Shown here one piece after another: positions 62,280-64,000 of a DNA stretch of 64,000 nucleotides. The stretch is taken from positions 1-64,000 of IMG/VR virus record IMGVR_UViG_3300049169_000021. The stretch is one strand, 5' to 3'. This DNA comes from a virus. Below the pieces are notes generated by a model. That model was not told the DNA's origin. It made no database searches and saw only the letters and a program-made list of their open reading frames with translations. Positions within the stretch are counted from its first letter, which is position 1. The number at the start of each line of letters is the position of its first letter. The position numbers and the translations under genes are program-made.

Positions 62280-64000
62280 CAGCCCGCCCCCTGTCCCAGG
62301 GACCGCTGCACGCTGCCGCCCCGGTTCGCGATCTCCTTGCGCAGCGGATCGAAGATCTGCTGAGCAACGACGCGCCCGTCGAGGGTGATCGTCTGGTGTA
62401 CGACGATCGGCTGCACCACGCCCCCGCCACCAGTGACCGCCCGAGCGCCACCGGTGCCGCTGCGGGGGGTGTTGAGCATCGACGCCCACGGCGCCTGCTG
62501 CTGCATCATGCGGCGGGTGTCCGGCCCGGAGTACACGCGCGACCCGAACGGCAGGCGGACGAGCTCCGGCTCGTGCTCGCCGACCATCGTCCAACCCGAC
62601 CTGAGCCCGCCCGACGCCGCACCGATGATCCCCCCGGACGCCTTCTTCGCAAAGCCCTTCTCCACCAACTTCTCCATCGACGCAGCCAGCTTGTCCATCG
62701 ACCCACTGAGCCTCTTAGTCGTCGTCTCCCACGCTGCGACGAGCCGCTCCTGGCCCTTGATCTGCGCCGCGTACACGGCATCCGCCGTCGTCTGCCCCGC
62801 CGACGCAGCCGCCTTGGTGATCTGCGACTGAAGGCTGTTCATCGACTTGATCTCCGACGATGACGCATTCAGCAGCGCGCCCGCGGTCTCCAGGCCGCCG
62901 CCGTCGATGCTGGCCTCGCCGATCTGCTGGATGAGCGCGCCGGACACGCCGCGCTTCTTCAGGTCGGTGAGGGCCTTGGAGAACGCGCTCGCCTGGTCCC
63001 GGGAGCGGGTCAGGCCGCCCATGACCGTGGCGACGGTGACAGGGCCGTCGCCCTGCGCGCCGCGGGTGATGTTCGCGGAGTTGAGGACGCCCGACTTGAC
63101 GGTCTCTCGCAGCTGGGAGGCTGCTTGGCGCAACTCGTCCAGGCGTGCCTTGGACTTTTCCAGGGAGACGCTCGCTTTGCCCAGCTGCTTTTCCCAGGCC
63201 AGCAGCTTCTTGCCTGCGGAGTCCAGTGCCTTCAGCAGGGTGCGTTCGGTGCCGCCGTGGGTGGCTTTCTGGATGGTGGTGCGCCACTGGTTGAGGGAGT
63301 CGATCAGTGAGCGCATGCTGTCCGGGTTGCCGAGCTGGGATCGGAACTCGGAGCGCTGGTGACCGGCGATGCGGCCGAAGTGGCTGATGGTCAGGTCGCC
63401 GCGTGCGCCCGCCCGGGCTTCCTTCTCCGCCTTCGACAGGCCGCCCTTCGCGAACCCGGTCACCTTCAGCTGACCCTGGTTGAGGGCGTCCATGAAGCGT
63501 TCGCCGTACTTCCGCACCGAGCTGGCGCGCACCACGTACTCGCCTGCGGAGAGCATCGCCGGGATGCTGTCCGACGTCTCCGTACCGGGTCCGACGACGC
63601 GGCCACCCTCGGGGGTGCCGCCTCCCGCGAGCCGACGGATCGGGCCGCCCATCGCCCGGAACGTGGGCGCCGCGTTCGATTCGACGCGGCGCATCTGGAC
63701 GTTGATGTAGCTGGTGCCGAGGACGCGGCCCGCGATGCCGGTGATCGCGCTGCGGAAGGGGTCCGTGTTCGCGCGGACCGTGATCGACCGGTTCCGCACC
63801 GACGCCAACTGCCCCTTGGCCGCAGCCACCTTCCGCTGAAGGTCATCGATCTTCGCGAGCAGCGCCGCCCGCTTTTCCGGCGGCACGCTCTTCAACTGGG
63901 ATTTGGCCGTCGCGATCTGCGACTCCCAGTTGTTGATGTCGAGCTTCAGGCGGCCCTTCTCCAGCCGAGGCAGAGCGTTCTCCTGGAAGCTCTCGGCCGC
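62279..64000 (-). CDS. Tape measure protein, C-terminal part (5' end outside window)
   Basis: GPGTETSDSIPAMLSAGEYV, VGEHEPELV motifs; upstream of the large tail gene. Confidence 0.85.
   Translation of the reverse strand, partial: AAESFQENALPRLEKGRLKLDINNWESQIATAKSQLKSVPPEKRAALLAKIDDLQRKVAAAKGQLASVRNRSITVRANTDPFRSAITGIAGRVLGTSYINVQMRRVESNAAPTFRAMGGPIRRLAGGGTPEGGRVVGPGTETSDSIPAMLSAGEYVVRASSVRKYGERFMDALNQGQLKVTGFAKGGLSKAEKEARAGARGDLTISHFGRIAGHQRSEFRSQLGNPDSMRSLIDSLNQWRTTIQKATHGGTERTLLKALDSAGKKLLAWEKQLGKASVSLEKSKARLDELRQAASQLRETVKSGVLNSANITRGAQGDGPVTVATVMGGLTRSRDQASAFSKALTDLKKRGVSGALIQQIGEASIDGGGLETAGALLNASSSEIKSMNSLQSQITKAAASAGQTTADAVYAAQIKGQERLVAAWETTTKRLSGSMDKLAASMEKLVEKGFAKKASGGIIGAASGGLRSGWTMVGEHEPELVRLPFGSRVYSGPDTRRMMQQQAPWASMLNTPRSGTGGARAVTGGGGVVQPIVVHQTITLDGRVVAQQIFDPLRKEIANRGGSVQRSLGQGAG

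Larger units (their letters stand above)
52409..64000. mobile_element. Second phage late region (regulator cassette, lysis, tail; continues right of window)
   Basis: Endolysin, holin, tail and tape measure genes paralogous to those at 15.5-23.5 kb. Confidence 0.9.

Noticed and set aside
1-64000. IS elements, rRNA, recognisable defence systems or host genes
   Set aside because: No transposase, rRNA, restriction-modification, Abi or housekeeping motifs recognised by eye

Overview
High-GC actinobacterial (Streptomyces-like) DNA that is phage-derived from end to end, with no recognisable host housekeeping genes. It holds parts of at least two temperate siphovirus genomes, with nearly all lytic genes on the minus strand. 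(1) 1-12.6 kb, 'phage A' early region: WhiB, HNH, RusA-like resolvase, DEDDh exonuclease, ERF and YqaJ recombination proteins, xis/cro/repressor, and a tyrosine integrase followed by an att-like region. (2) 13-52.5 kb, a complete phage gene set: XRE, small Cys-rich genes, GntR, lysis, tail, HK97-type head, terminase and HNH; an embedded plasmid/AICE-like FtsK/TraB transfer operon; helicase, iteron origin and primase; an immunity switch; and a second tyrosine integrase followed by an apparently intact attP (3' half of tRNA-Lys(TTT) with arm repeats on both sides). (3) 52-64 kb, a second XRE/Cys-rich gene block, a DUF6415-like gene, an XRE-TPR regulator divergent from a flavoprotein gene, a second lysis cassette and a second tail module. 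An ~800-bp direct repeat (13545-14347 / 52409-53211, offset 38,864 bp) brackets one phage-genome-length unit, suggesting a phage-phage cointegrate, a tandem lysogen or an assembly fusion. The most interesting signals are the TraB/Spd-like conjugative module with clt-like repeats inside a phage, the att junctions with phage DNA on both sides, and swappable regulator cassettes (GntR versus XRE-TPR/flavoprotein) in front of a shared Zn-finger operon. All family calls come from motif recognition by eye; no database searches were run.
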